A stretch of DNA of 64,000 nt from Bacilli bacterium (GCA_017512495.1 JAFWGF010000041.1:5773-69772), one strand, 5' to 3'. Counted from the first letter of the stretch, positions 18,285 through 27,411 are shown. Program-made: numbers and translations. The notes: generated by a model from the sequence alone, not told the origin.

Positions 18285-18578
18285 TTAAAATAATCCTGGT
18301 ATATTAGAAAATTTACCCATTTTTTTATCTGTTAAATCATCTATTTTCTTATTTGCCTCATTTATAGCTACTAAAATCATATCTTCTAATGCTTCAACAT
18401 CATCTGAATCAAGTTCTTTTGCATTTATTTCTACTTTTACTACCTCTTTTGTTCCTTTTAAAGTTACCTTTACTAAAGAACTTTCACCAACAAATTCAGT
18501 ATTATCAATCTCTTCTTTTGCTTTTAACATATCTTTTTGTAAAGCTTGTGCTTGCTTTAACATTGCTTGCATATTCAT
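18285..18578 (-). CDS. ybaB: Nucleoid-associated protein YbaB/EbfC
   Basis: 97 aa (MLKQAQALQKDM...GLF), in the conserved position between dnaX and recR. Confidence 0.9.
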   Translation of the reverse strand: MNMQAMLKQAQALQKDMLKAKEEIDNTEFVGESSLVKVTLKGTKEVVKVEINAKELDSDDVEALEDMILVAINEANKKIDDLTDKKMGKFSNIPGLF

Positions 18579-18595
18579 ATTATTATCTCCTTTTC

Positions 18596-20257
18596 TTATT
18601 CAAATTCCACAATATCACCAAACAGTTCTACTGCATCATTAACAATTATATCATTTTTATCAGATTCTTCATAGATAGCTGCTGGTTCCTGCAATACTTC
18701 ATAATTATAATTATTTTTTAAATTAATAATATATTCATTTTTGATTTTTTCCCATTCTTCTGATGTCACTATTATTATTTTTTTCTTATTTTTTAAAATT
18801 TTATTATAAGCAGCATTTAATTTATCAAGTATTAATAAATTTTGTTCAACTGCTGACGAATATTCAAATAATAATAAAACAAAATCTTGACTAGCTACTC
18901 TTATTTTTGAATCTAACAAATTACAAACAAGATAACCTATTTCTTGATCAAAAGTATAATTTTTTAATTTTTCAAAATTTTGTTCTTCTTTTTCTTTTTC
19001 TTTCTTATCTGCCAACGCCAAAACATTATTTATTCTAACTTTCATTATTTGATCTATATTTACAATTTTTTTATCTTTTAAATGCATTTCTGGTGTTTTC
19101 TTATTTCCTCTTGTATCGTTACTACTTTCTTCTTTATTTTTTACATTTTTTTCTTTTATTTCAACATCTTCTTCTTTTTTAACAACATTTGTTGTTTTTT
19201 TATTAATATCCGTTATCAAATAATCATTTATAAACTTTAAAATAAACATTTCTATAAATATTTTAGAATTAGAACTTCTTCTAATATCTAATATTTTTTC
19301 ATTTAATAAATTAGTAAATTCCTGAAGATCATCAATCGACCATTTACTTTGCTCATTTTTTAAATAATATTCAACTATTGCATTTCTAGAAAAATGTAGT
19401 ACTTGATTAATAATTTGATTTAAATTTTTACCATTTTTATCAAAAAAATCTATCATTTTTAACACTTCTGGTATATTTGAATCAAAAATATAAGTTAAAA
19501 ATTCCTCTATTTGGTTATTTGAAACAATATCATTAACCTCAACAAAATCTTCAATAGTTATTTTATCAGAGGTATACGAAGTTAATTTATCTAACATTCC
19601 AAGCGCATCACGTAAACCTCCATCTGAAAGTATAGAAATATTTTCCAACACTTCGTCATCAATAGAGATTTTTTCTTTTTTACAAACATATTTCAATCTT
19701 TCATTAATTACATCTTTTGATATTCTTTTAAATGAAAAGCATTGACATCTAGAAACAACAGTTTCCGGAACTTTTTGAGGATCTGTAGTTGCTAAAATAA
19801 AAATCGCATGTTCTGGAGGTTCTTCCAATGTTTTCAACAATGCATTAAAAGCACCTACTGATAACATATGTACTTCATCAATAATATAAACTTTATATTT
19901 CAAACTATTTGGAACTAGAGTTATTTTATTTTTTAATTCTCTTATTTCATCAACACCATTATTAGAAGCAGCATCAATTTCTATAATATCAACGCATTCT
20001 TTAGAAAACGAAAATTTACAAGCATCACATTTTCCACAAGCTTCTCCATCTTTACTATTTAAACAATTTATATTCCTTGCAAATATTTTTGAAACAGTAG
20101 TTTTACCAGTACCACGAGGTCCGTAAAACATATAAGCATGCGTAAAATTATGATTTACAATTGAATTTTTTAAAGTTTTAATAATAGAATTTTGTCCAAC
20201 TACAGTTTCAAAATCAATTGGTCTATATTTTCTATATAAAGCTTGATACATATACAA
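18596..20257 (-). CDS. dnaX: DNA polymerase III subunit gamma/tau
   Basis: YRKYRP, GPRGTGKTT, a zinc module (CGKCDACK), DEVHMLS, LKTLEEPP and SRCQ motifs. Confidence 0.95.
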   Translation of the reverse strand: MYMYQALYRKYRPIDFETVVGQNSIIKTLKNSIVNHNFTHAYMFYGPRGTGKTTVSKIFARNINCLNSKDGEACGKCDACKFSFSKECVDIIEIDAASNNGVDEIRELKNKITLVPNSLKYKVYIIDEVHMLSVGAFNALLKTLEEPPEHAIFILATTDPQKVPETVVSRCQCFSFKRISKDVINERLKYVCKKEKISIDDEVLENISILSDGGLRDALGMLDKLTSYTSDKITIEDFVEVNDIVSNNQIEEFLTYIFDSNIPEVLKMIDFFDKNGKNLNQIINQVLHFSRNAIVEYYLKNEQSKWSIDDLQEFTNLLNEKILDIRRSSNSKIFIEMFILKFINDYLITDINKKTTNVVKKEEDVEIKEKNVKNKEESSNDTRGNKKTPEMHLKDKKIVNIDQIMKVRINNVLALADKKEKEKEEQNFEKLKNYTFDQEIGYLVCNLLDSKIRVASQDFVLLLFEYSSAVEQNLLILDKLNAAYNKILKNKKKIIIVTSEEWEKIKNEYIINLKNNYNYEVLQEPAAIYEESDKNDIIVNDAVELFGDIVEFE

Positions 20258-20287
20258 ACCTCCTCAACGTTATTATAACACAAAATA

Positions 20288-20737
20288 TTAATTATTTCGC
20301 TGATTTTTAAAGAAAGTATTAAGCATTTTTTTAACAGGTTCTGGATTTATATTAGATATAAAATTAACTTCTGGATTAGTTTTATCTTTCATAAATATTT
20401 CTTTTATAATCATTGAATTATTTTCATCAGAATTATTTAGTGCAGAATAAACATTTTTGATTCGCGCTTGCTTTATAGCACTTGCACACATAGGGCACGG
20501 ATCTAAGGAAATATAAATATCACAATCAGTTAATCTCCAATTATTATTATTTTTGGATGCCATTTCTATTGCTAATAACTCAGCATGATTTAATACAGAA
20601 TTACCTTTTTCTTTTTGATTATATCCATAACCAATTATTTCATTATTTTTTACAATTACAGCTCCTACAGGAACTTCATTTAATTCAAAAGCTTTATTTG
20701 CATAATCAATTGCAATTTGTAAAAATTCTTTTTTCAT
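20288..20737 (-). CDS. tadA: tRNA adenosine(34) deaminase TadA
   Basis: Deaminase motifs HAELLAIE and PCPMCASAI. The start is at ATG 20737 (MKKEFLQ...) with GGAGGA 3-4 nt upstream. The extra 28 aa in the ORF track are a translation of the SRP RNA gene. Confidence 0.9.
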   Translation of the reverse strand: MKKEFLQIAIDYANKAFELNEVPVGAVIVKNNEIIGYGYNQKEKGNSVLNHAELLAIEMASKNNNNWRLTDCDIYISLDPCPMCASAIKQARIKNVYSALNNSDENNSMIIKEIFMKDKTNPEVNFISNINPEPVKKMLNTFFKNQRNN

Positions 20738-20750
20738 ATTTCCTCCAAAC

Positions 20751-20828
20751 AAAAAGTGCACATGGAAGTTGAATCTTAAGGCTGCTATCTTCCGATCCTG
20801 ACCTGGTTCAATTGCTTCCATTGCACGT
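20751..20828 (-). ncRNA. ffs: Small (4.5S-type) signal recognition particle RNA
   Basis: The minus strand reads GUGCAAUGGAAGCAAUUGAACCAGGUCAGGAUCGGAAGAUAGCAGCCUUAAGAUUCAACUUCCAUGUGCAC-UUUUU. This is a single long hairpin containing the conserved domain IV core CCAGGUCAGG...GGAA...AGCAGCC. A TTTACT-17nt-TACAAT promoter lies just upstream. Confidence 0.8.
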
Positions 20829-20892
20829 ATATATTGTAATATAAAGAATTAAAAAAGTAAACTTTTATATTTATTTTGTCCTTTTTTATCTA

Positions 20893-20908
20893 TGTTTCAC
20901 GTGAAACA
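20893..20908. promoter_or_regulatory. parS-type site 1 (TGTTTCACGTGAAACA, perfect palindrome)
   Basis: 16/16 match to the B. subtilis Spo0J/ParB parS consensus TGTTNCACGTGAAACA. The palindrome extends to 22 bp (CTATGTTTCACGTGAAACATAG, 20890-20911). Confidence 0.85.
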
Positions 20909-20917
20909 TAGATAAAT

Positions 20918-20933
20918 TATTTCCTGGGAAATA
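20918..20933. promoter_or_regulatory. NBS-type site 1 (TATTTCCTGGGAAATA)
   Basis: One central mismatch to the B. subtilis Noc-binding-site consensus (T)ATTTCCCGGGAAAT(A). Confidence 0.7.
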
Positions 20934-20955
20934 TTTTTTTATTCTATTTTAATTA

Positions 20956-20971
20956 TGTTTCACGTGAAACG
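20956..20971. promoter_or_regulatory. parS-type site 2 (TGTTTCACGTGAAACG)
   Basis: 15/16 match to the parS consensus; the only difference is the last base. Confidence 0.8.
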
Positions 20972-20980
20972 TTATCATTT

Positions 20981-20996
20981 TATTTCCCAAGAAATA
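20981..20996. promoter_or_regulatory. NBS-type site 2 (TATTTCCCAAGAAATA)
   Basis: Two central mismatches to the NBS consensus; the outer arms TATTTCC/GAAATA are intact. Confidence 0.6.
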
Positions 20997-21018
20997 TTTT
21001 TTTATTCTATTTTAATTA

Positions 21019-21034
21019 TGTTTCACGTGAAACG
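21019..21034. promoter_or_regulatory. parS-type site 3 (TGTTTCACGTGAAACG)
   Basis: 15/16 match to the parS consensus. Confidence 0.8.
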
Positions 21035-21043
21035 TTATCATTT

Positions 21044-21059
21044 TATTTCCCGGGAAATA
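21044..21059. promoter_or_regulatory. NBS-type site 3 (TATTTCCCGGGAAATA, perfect)
   Basis: Exact match to the palindromic Noc-binding-site consensus. Confidence 0.8.
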
Positions 21060-21081
21060 TTTTTTTATTCTATTTTAATTA

Positions 21082-21097
21082 TGTTTCACGTGAAACG
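21082..21097. promoter_or_regulatory. parS-type site 4 (TGTTTCACGTGAAACG)
   Basis: 15/16 match to the parS consensus. Confidence 0.8.
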
Positions 21098-21106
21098 TTA
21101 TCATTT

Positions 21107-21122
21107 TATTTCCCAAGAAATA
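21107..21122. promoter_or_regulatory. NBS-type site 4 (TATTTCCCAAGAAATA)
   Basis: Same variant as NBS-type site 2. Confidence 0.6.
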
Positions 21123-21143
21123 TTTTTTTATTCTTCTTATCTA

Positions 21144-21159
21144 TGTTTCACGTGAAACA
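21144..21159. promoter_or_regulatory. parS-type site 5 (TGTTTCACGTGAAACA, perfect palindrome)
   Basis: 16/16 match to the parS consensus, with the same CTATG flank as site 1. Confidence 0.85.
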
Positions 21160-21167
21160 CCATCAAT

Positions 21168-21183
21168 TATTTCCTGGGAAATA
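21168..21183. promoter_or_regulatory. NBS-type site 5 (TATTTCCTGGGAAATA)
   Basis: Same variant as NBS-type site 1. Confidence 0.7.
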
Positions 21184-21189
21184 ATTTTA

Positions 21190-21222
21190 AAAAATAAAAA
21201 GATACAATTTTGTATCTTTTTA
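21190..21222 (-). terminator. Rho-independent terminator after gyrA
   Basis: Hairpin aaaagataca/tgtatctttt (21197-21206 / 21211-21220) overlaps the gyrA stop codon. T-runs follow on both strands. Confidence 0.6.
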
Positions 21223-23664
21223 TTGATTTTCTACAATATTATCTGATTCTTCCTCTTTTTCTACTAAAGCAACTGTAGAAACTTTTTGGTCTTCTTTAAG
21301 ATTAATCAATCTAACTCCTTGGGTTGCACGTTTTAATGTAGATACTTGATCTAGAGGTAATTTGATAATAATACCGCTATTAGTCATAATCATTAAATCT
21401 AATGGAGCATCGACCTTTAAACACTTTAATGATGACATCATACCATTCTTTTCTGTAACATTAAGAGCTTTAACTCCTTTGCTACCTCTATGAGTTAATC
21501 GATATTCATCAACTACAGTTTGTTTTCCATAACCATTTTCAGTAACAATTAATACCATATCACCAGAAGATACAACCTCTGCTCCAACTACTATAGATCC
21601 ATCAAGTTCTATTCCTTTAACACCAGAACTACTTCTACCCATGCATCTAACTTCGTTTTCATTAAATCTTACTAATCTACCATTGCTGGCACCAATAACT
21701 ATTTCCCTATTTCCATCAGTACTCTTAACGCTAATTAATTCATCATCTTCTTTTAGAACAATAGCAATTTTTCCACTCTTTCTAATATTATCAAATTCGT
21801 TGATACTAGTACGTTTTACAATACCTTTCTTAGTTGCAAACATTAAGTATTTAGTAAAATCATCATCTTGCTTTATATTTATTATCGAACTAATGTTCTC
21901 ATCTTTTTCTAGTGGTAATAGATTAATTATTGGTAAACCTTTAGATTGTCTAGAGAATTCTGGAATCTCATAACCTTTCATTCTATATACTTTTCCTTTA
22001 TTTGAGAAGAATAAGATATAGTCATGTGTAGATGATGAAATTAAATGTTCTACAAAGTCTTCTTCATTAGTTGCCATACCTTTAATTCCTACACCACCAC
22101 GGTTTTGAGTTCTATAAGTATCACTCTTTAATCTCTTAATATAACCTTTGTTAGTTAAATTAATTACAATATCCTCTTCTGGGATTAAAGATTCATCTTC
22201 AATATATTCGATAGCTGTCATATCAATACTTGTACGTCTTTCATCACCGTATTTTTGTTTAATTTCAAGTAATTCATTCTTAATTACTTCTAAAATTCTT
22301 GCTTCACTAGCTAAGATTGCTTTTAATTCTTCAATTGTTTTCATTAAATCAGCAAGTTCATTTTCAATTTTTTCACGCTCTAAACCAGTTAATCTACGTA
22401 ATTTCATCTCTAAAATTGCATTTGATTGTACTTCAGTTAGTTTAAATCTACTCATTAATGTATCTTTAGCTATTTCATCAGTTTTAGATCCACGAATTAC
22501 TTTAATAACTTCATCAATATTATCTAAAGCTATTTTTAAGCCTTCTAAGATATGTACTCTTTTTTCAGCAACATCTAAATCAAATCTAGTTCTTCTAATA
22601 ATTACTTCTTTTTGATAATCAATATATTTTACAATTATATCTTTTAATCCAAGAGTTTTAGGAACTCCTTGATCTAACATTAAGAAGATAATTCCATATG
22701 ATGTTTGAAAAGATGTGTGTTTATATAACTTATTTAATACTACTTGAGCATTAGCATCTCTCTTTAAAGTAATTGTTATCTTAATACCATTCTTTAAATC
22801 AGAATGATAATCAGAAATACCTTCAATAATCTTATTATGAACTAATTCAGCTACTTTATTCTTTAAATCCAAAGTATTTATACCGTAAGGTACTTCATCA
22901 ATAATAATTTGTTGTTTTCCATTACTTTCTTCGATAGTAGCCCTACTTCTAACTGTAATAGTTCCCCTACCAGTTTCATAAGCCTTTCTAATACCACTAT
23001 TTCCAAGGATAATTGCTCCTGTAGGAAAATCAGGTCCCTTAATATATTTCATTAATTCATCTAATTCAATATCAGGATTATCAATATACGCAACACATCC
23101 ATCAATAACTTCACTTAAGTTATGAGGTGGAATATTTGTTGCCATACCAACAGCTATACCTGTAGTTCCATTTACTAAAATATTAGGGAATCTAGATGGT
23201 AAAACAACTGGTTCCTTTTCACTTTCATCAAAATTTGGTACAAAATCAACAGTATTTTTATTGATATTTCTTAATAATTCCAATGATATTTTTGATAAAC
23301 GAGATTCTGTGTAACGCATTGCGGCTGCACCATAACCTTCAATATTACCAAAGTTACCATGTCCATCTATTAACATATATCTATAAGAGAAATCTTGAGC
23401 CATACGAACCATAGCTTCATAGATTGAAGAATCTCCATGTGGATGGAAATTACCCATAACTTCTCCGACTGTTTTAGCACTCTTTCTATGAGGTTTATCA
23501 GGTGTATATCCAGAAGAATACATAGAATATAATATTCTTCTATGAACAGGCTTTAAACCATCTCTTAAGTCTGGAATAGCACGCGCTGTGATAACACTCA
23601 TTGAATAGTCTAAAAATGAATCTTGTACTTCTTTTACTATATTGTTATTTTCTAACCTATCCAT
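21220..23664 (-). CDS. gyrA: DNA gyrase subunit A
   Basis: 814 aa. [18 protein letters not shown], the quinolone-resistance-region-type [17 protein letters not shown], and a C-terminal beta-pinwheel. It follows gyrB. Confidence 0.97.
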   Translation of the reverse strand: MDRLENNNIVKEVQDSFLDYSMSVITARAIPDLRDGLKPVHRRILYSMYSSGYTPDKPHRKSAKTVGEVMGNFHPHGDSSIYEAMVRMAQDFSYRYMLIDGHGNFGNIEGYGAAAMRYTESRLSKISLELLRNINKNTVDFVPNFDESEKEPVVLPSRFPNILVNGTTGIAVGMATNIPPHNLSEVIDGCVAYIDNPDIELDELMKYIKGPDFPTGAIILGNSGIRKAYETGRGTITVRSRATIEESNGKQQIIIDEVPYGINTLDLKNKVAELVHNKIIEGISDYHSDLKNGIKITITLKRDANAQVVLNKLYKHTSFQTSYGIIFLMLDQGVPKTLGLKDIIVKYIDYQKEVIIRRTRFDLDVAEKRVHILEGLKIALDNIDEVIKVIRGSKTDEIAKDTLMSRFKLTEVQSNAILEMKLRRLTGLEREKIENELADLMKTIEELKAILASEARILEVIKNELLEIKQKYGDERRTSIDMTAIEYIEDESLIPEEDIVINLTNKGYIKRLKSDTYRTQNRGGVGIKGMATNEEDFVEHLISSSTHDYILFFSNKGKVYRMKGYEIPEFSRQSKGLPIINLLPLEKDENISSIINIKQDDDFTKYLMFATKKGIVKRTSINEFDNIRKSGKIAIVLKEDDELISVKSTDGNREIVIGASNGRLVRFNENEVRCMGRSSSGVKGIELDGSIVVGAEVVSSGDMVLIVTENGYGKQTVVDEYRLTHRGSKGVKALNVTEKNGMMSSLKCLKVDAPLDLMIMTNSGIIIKLPLDQVSTLKRATQGVRLINLKEDQKVSTVALVEKEEESDNIVENQ

Positions 23665-23673
23665 ACAAACCTC

Positions 23674-25599
23674 CTAAACATCCAAATTCGCATAAGTTGC
23701 ATTTTCTTCTATAAACTCACGTCTTGGACCTACTTCTTCACCCATAAGCTTAGCAAAAACTTCATCTGCAGCTTGAATATCTTCAACAGTTATCTTTCGT
23801 AAAATACGTTGATTTATATCCATAGTAGTCTCATTCAACTCATCTGCATCCATTTCTCCTAAACCTTTCATACGAGCAATTTCATATTTAGTATTTGAAT
23901 CTAAACTTGCTAGATATTCATCTCTTTCAGCCTCATCTAGGACATATTTACGTGTTTTACCATGGGTAATTCTATATAGTGGTGGTTGAGCAGCATAAAC
24001 ATGACCAGCTTCAACAATTGGTCTAAAGAAACGATAGAATAAAGTTAATAATAATACTCTTATATGACTACCATCAACATCAGCATCAGTCATGATGATA
24101 ATTTTGTGATATCTAAGTTTACTTAGATCAAATTCATCACCAATTCCAGTACCAAAAGCTGTAATAATAGTACGAATTTCTTCATTACTCAATGCTTTAT
24201 CTAATCTAGCTTTCTCAACATTTAGAATTTTACCTCTAAGTGGAAGAATTGCTTGTGTCATAGCGTCTCTACCTTTAATAGCAGATCCTCCAGCAGAATC
24301 ACCCTCGACTAAGAAAATTTCACTGATTGTAGCATCTTTGCTCTTACAATCATTAAGTTTTCCAAAGAAATTAGTAATATCTAAATCACCTTTACGACGA
24401 GTTAATTCACGTGCTTTTTTAGCAGCTACTCTTGCCCTACTCGCAGTCATAGATTTTTCTAAGATAATACGAGCTTGATCAGGGTTTTCTAATAAGAATC
24501 TTTCAAATGACTCTGAAAATATCTTATCAGCTATACCTCTAACCTCACTATTTCCTAATTTTGTCTTAGTTTGACCTTCAAATTGTGGATTAGGATGCTT
24601 AATAGAAATTATTAATGTAATTCCTTCTCTTACATCATCACCTGTTAAAGGTTCATCTTTATCTTTTAACAAGTTATTATTAGTAGCATATTTATTTAAT
24701 ATTCTAGTTAAAGCTCTTCTTACTCCATCTTCATGAGTTCCACCTTCAGGTGTAGTGATATTATTTACAAATGAATAAATACTTGAATTATAAGTTTCAT
24801 TATATTGAAGAGCTACCTCTACTTTAATATCTTTTTCTTCACCTTCAATATAAACTACTGTTTCATGTAGTGGATTCTTATTTTTATTAAGCATATTAAC
24901 ATATTCAATTAATCCACCTTCATAGTGGAAAGAATCTTTTTTATCTACTTCTCTATCATCATATAATGATATTCTTAAACCTTTATTTAAGAAAGCTAAT
25001 TCTCTTAATCTAGTCCTTAAAATATCATAATCATATACAGTAGTTTCATCAAAAATCTTAGGATCTGGTAAGAAATGAACACTTGTTCCTGTACGATCTT
25101 TATCACATTTATCAATAATTTTTAAATCTTCTTCAGGATGTCCACCATTGTTAAAACGTTGATAATAAACGTTTCCATCACGATATACCTTTACTTCTAA
25201 CCATTCACTTAAAGCATTAACAACACTAGCACCAACTCCGTGAAGTCCACCAGATACCTTGTATCCTCCTCCACCAAATTTACCACCAGCATGTAATACT
25301 GTATAAACTGTTTCAACAGTACTTTTACCCGTTTTTGGATGTATTTCTACCGGAATACCACGTCCATCATCTTTAACGATAATACTATTATCTTTGCAAA
25401 TAGTAACCTCAATATGAGAACAATATCCAGCTAATGCTTCATCTATCGCATTATCTACTATTTCCCATACTAAATGATGTAATCCTCTAGAACTAGTAGT
25501 TCCTATATACATTCCAGGACGCTTACGTACAGCTTCCAATCCTTCCAATACTTGAATTGAGGATGAATCATACTCTTTTTTTACTTTTTCTTCTGCCAT
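23674..25599 (-). CDS. gyrB: DNA gyrase subunit B
   Basis: 641 aa. GHKL ATPase motifs ([38 protein letters not shown]), Toprim ([24 protein letters not shown]), and the C-terminal ...YANLDV. Confidence 0.97.
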   Translation of the reverse strand: MAEEKVKKEYDSSSIQVLEGLEAVRKRPGMYIGTTSSRGLHHLVWEIVDNAIDEALAGYCSHIEVTICKDNSIIVKDDGRGIPVEIHPKTGKSTVETVYTVLHAGGKFGGGGYKVSGGLHGVGASVVNALSEWLEVKVYRDGNVYYQRFNNGGHPEEDLKIIDKCDKDRTGTSVHFLPDPKIFDETTVYDYDILRTRLRELAFLNKGLRISLYDDREVDKKDSFHYEGGLIEYVNMLNKNKNPLHETVVYIEGEEKDIKVEVALQYNETYNSSIYSFVNNITTPEGGTHEDGVRRALTRILNKYATNNNLLKDKDEPLTGDDVREGITLIISIKHPNPQFEGQTKTKLGNSEVRGIADKIFSESFERFLLENPDQARIILEKSMTASRARVAAKKARELTRRKGDLDITNFFGKLNDCKSKDATISEIFLVEGDSAGGSAIKGRDAMTQAILPLRGKILNVEKARLDKALSNEEIRTIITAFGTGIGDEFDLSKLRYHKIIIMTDADVDGSHIRVLLLTLFYRFFRPIVEAGHVYAAQPPLYRITHGKTRKYVLDEAERDEYLASLDSNTKYEIARMKGLGEMDADELNETTMDINQRILRKITVEDIQAADEVFAKLMGEEVGPRREFIEENATYANLDV

Positions 25600-25608
25600 T
25601 CTTTCAAC

Positions 25609-26721
25609 CTACTTTCTTTCCACAAGACCATTTTCTACTTTATAGATAAATGCATCTTCTAAATACTTCTTGTTTATATTTTTTAAATCTGTTGTTGTGA
25701 TAATACTTTGAATATCACCTTTATTAACTATTTCTAACAATTTATTTCTCTTTTTTATATCTAATTCACTAAATATATCATCTAACAATAAAACTGGCTC
25801 AGTTCCACATATTTCTTTAAATATAGGTATTTCAGAAATTTTGAATGATAAAATAGCTAACTTTTGTTGTCCTTGAGATCCAAAATACTTTAAATCATGA
25901 TTATCATATTCAAAAATAAAATCATCTCTATGAGGACCATATATAGTCATACCATAATTTAATTCTTTTAGATAATTCTTCTTAAAAGTATGTTTTAACT
26001 TTTTACGAATACTTTCAGAATCATAATTAATTATTTCAATATTAGGAATATATTTTACTTTTAAACCAGAATCTCCTGATATAAAATTATAATATTTATC
26101 AATATTTTGATTAACTAAATCAAGGTATTCCTTTCTTTTTTGATAAATAAATACAGCTTTTTCAATTAATTTATTAGTAATAATATCAAGATATTTTTCA
26201 TCAGCTATATTATTGTTGAATAATACTTTTAAATATTCATTACGAGTTTTTAATAATTTATTATACTCATTGTAGTATTTAATATATTGTTTTGATATTT
26301 GAGATAACTCTATATTTAATAAGTTTCTTCTTACACTTGGAGATCCTTTAACTATTTCCAAGTCATCAGGTGTAAAAACTATTACATTTAAATAAGAAAT
26401 ATAATCCATTACTTTATTAATATTTTTCTTATTTACTTTTAATTTCTTACTGTCTTCTGTTATTTCTATTTCTAAATTAGAAATTATTTTATTTTTTTTA
26501 ACAGTTCCACTAAGCTTACATTTCTTTTTATTAAACATAATAATGTTAGGATTTACCCCTATTCTATGAGATTTTGTAAGGGCTAAAATGGTTATTCCTT
26601 CTAAAATATTAGTCTTTCCTTGAGCATTATTCCCAACAAAAATATTCATTTTACTACCTAAACTAATAGCAGTATTATAATAATTTCTAAAATTTACTAA
26701 GTTTATTTTAGTAATTTTCAT
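25609..26721 (-). CDS. recF: DNA replication and repair protein RecF
   Basis: 370 aa. Walker A GNNAQGKTNILE, the signature region SQGQQKLAIL, and Walker B LLLDDIFSELD. Confidence 0.93.
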   Translation of the reverse strand: MKITKINLVNFRNYYNTAISLGSKMNIFVGNNAQGKTNILEGITILALTKSHRIGVNPNIIMFNKKKCKLSGTVKKNKIISNLEIEITEDSKKLKVNKKNINKVMDYISYLNVIVFTPDDLEIVKGSPSVRRNLLNIELSQISKQYIKYYNEYNKLLKTRNEYLKVLFNNNIADEKYLDIITNKLIEKAVFIYQKRKEYLDLVNQNIDKYYNFISGDSGLKVKYIPNIEIINYDSESIRKKLKHTFKKNYLKELNYGMTIYGPHRDDFIFEYDNHDLKYFGSQGQQKLAILSFKISEIPIFKEICGTEPVLLLDDIFSELDIKKRNKLLEIVNKGDIQSIITTTDLKNINKKYLEDAFIYKVENGLVERK

Positions 26722-26818
26722 TTATTCACCTTTATAAGCCCCATATAATCACCTATCCCCTAATTAAGTATTCCTATACACCTACATATATATTATACCA
26801 TATATCGCGTAAAAAAGC

Positions 26819-26846
26819 ACAAAAAAATAGTTTTTCAACTATTTTT
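26819..26846 (-). terminator. Possible terminator after the comK-like gene
   Basis: Short hairpin atagtt/aactat around the stop codon, followed on the minus strand by a U-run. The stem is weak and AT-rich. Confidence 0.35.
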
Positions 26847-27281
26847 ATGATTTCTTAATATAATATCTAATCTTGATGCCCTAGATAATTGATTTTCTAT
26901 AGTTCGATATGAGCAATTAACAATTAATTCTTTATCATTATCAAAGATTATTTTAGCGTTATTATAATTGTATTTTTCTATCTTTTTTACCCTTTTTAAA
27001 GATATCCAAACACAATCTTCTGATTGTGGTGATGTTGTTGGAAAAACTATTAGATTATCACTATCTTCAATAACTATAGGTACTTTATACTCTGCGCCTA
27101 AAATATTTCTAGCACCTTCTTTTCTACCTTCATAAGTACTACCAAAGTATTTGCAACTTTCTTCCATAATACTAAATGGACTTTGATCAATAACATAATT
27201 ATCATTATCCTCATAAACTAAACTACTCTTTTCACCTTTAGGTACTAATGCTAAAGTACCCCTATTAATTTCATATTTCAT
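26835..27281 (-). CDS. comK: ComK family competence transcription factor
   Basis: 148 aa. SCKYFGSTYEGRKEGARNILG..YKVPIVIE...IVFPTTSPQSEDCVWISL aligns block for block with B. subtilis ComK (SCRFFGSSYAGRK...KPPIMVD...FLFPTLS...QCGWIS). Confidence 0.8.
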   Translation of the reverse strand: MKYEINRGTLALVPKGEKSSLVYEDNDNYVIDQSPFSIMEESCKYFGSTYEGRKEGARNILGAEYKVPIVIEDSDNLIVFPTTSPQSEDCVWISLKRVKKIEKYNYNNAKIIFDNDKELIVNCSYRTIENQLSRASRLDIILRNHKNS

Positions 27282-27336
27282 AATATCCCCCTTTTGAAAA
27301 CAATTTCTCGTTTTCAGTGCATAATATATTATATTT

Positions 27337-27366
27337 TTTTGTAGAAATTTGTCGAATTTTGTAGAA
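27337..27366. promoter_or_regulatory. Direct repeat TTTTGTAGAA x2 (20-bp spacing) overlapping the predicted comK promoter
   Basis: Repeats are at 27337-27346 and 27357-27366. On the minus strand they bracket a TCGACA-16nt-TATAAT promoter upstream of comK. Confidence 0.4.
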
Positions 27367-27411
27367 TAATAACATTTTTATCTATATATATCTTACTCAA
27401 AAATATTTTTT

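Larger units (their letters stand above)
20890..21183. repeat. Five-unit tandem array (63, 63, 63, 62 bp spacing), each unit carrying a parS-type and an NBS-type palindrome
   Basis: Direct reading shows the unit ...TTTTTTTATTCTATTTTAATTATGTTTCACGTGAAACGTTATCATTTTATTTCCCRRGAAATA repeated head to tail. It lies between the gyrA terminator and the ffs promoter. Confidence 0.95.

Noticed and set aside
20738-20821. N-terminal 28-aa extension of the tadA ORF (MEAIEPGQDRKIAALRFNFHVHFLFGGN).
   Set aside because: This stretch is the SRP RNA hairpin translated. A canonical RBS and ATG at 20737 give a normal-length TadA.
20955-21155. 66-aa ORF (MFHVKRYHFISQEIFFYSILI repeated three times) in the ORF track.
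   Set aside because: Its periodic peptide is simply the 63-bp (21-codon) DNA repeat read in one frame. There is no RBS, it lies in a terminator-to-promoter gap, and it consists of palindromic binding-site-like DNA. I treat it as non-coding.
20890-21183. The regularly spaced palindromic repeats as a possible CRISPR array.
   Set aside because: The segments between the palindromes are themselves repeated and nearly identical from unit to unit, so there are no unique spacers. The period is 63 bp with two different palindromes per unit, and no cas genes are nearby.
22148-22615. Antisense or shadow ORFs in the track. Examples: 152..334, 4112..4396, 6661..6864, 7042..7314, 8018..8257, 10798..11055, 16256..16594, 18389..18721, 20557..20772, 21641..21973, 22148..22615, 31573..31764, 34415..34714, 35989..36258, 40446..40718, 41119..41352, 42317..42502, 43858..44121, 46199..46381, 52175..52360, 54533..54823, 57673..57861, 58694..58951, 63520..63855.
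   Set aside because: Each lies opposite or out of frame within a well-supported conserved gene. They have low-complexity, AT-codon-driven composition (runs of L, I, F, S, K, N), no RBS and no recognisable family.
24402-24419. CACGTG-containing TTAATTCACGTGCTTTTT in gyrB as a possible extra parS.
   Set aside because: Only the central CACGTG and part of one arm match. The right half-site (GTGCTTTT vs GTGAAACA) does not.
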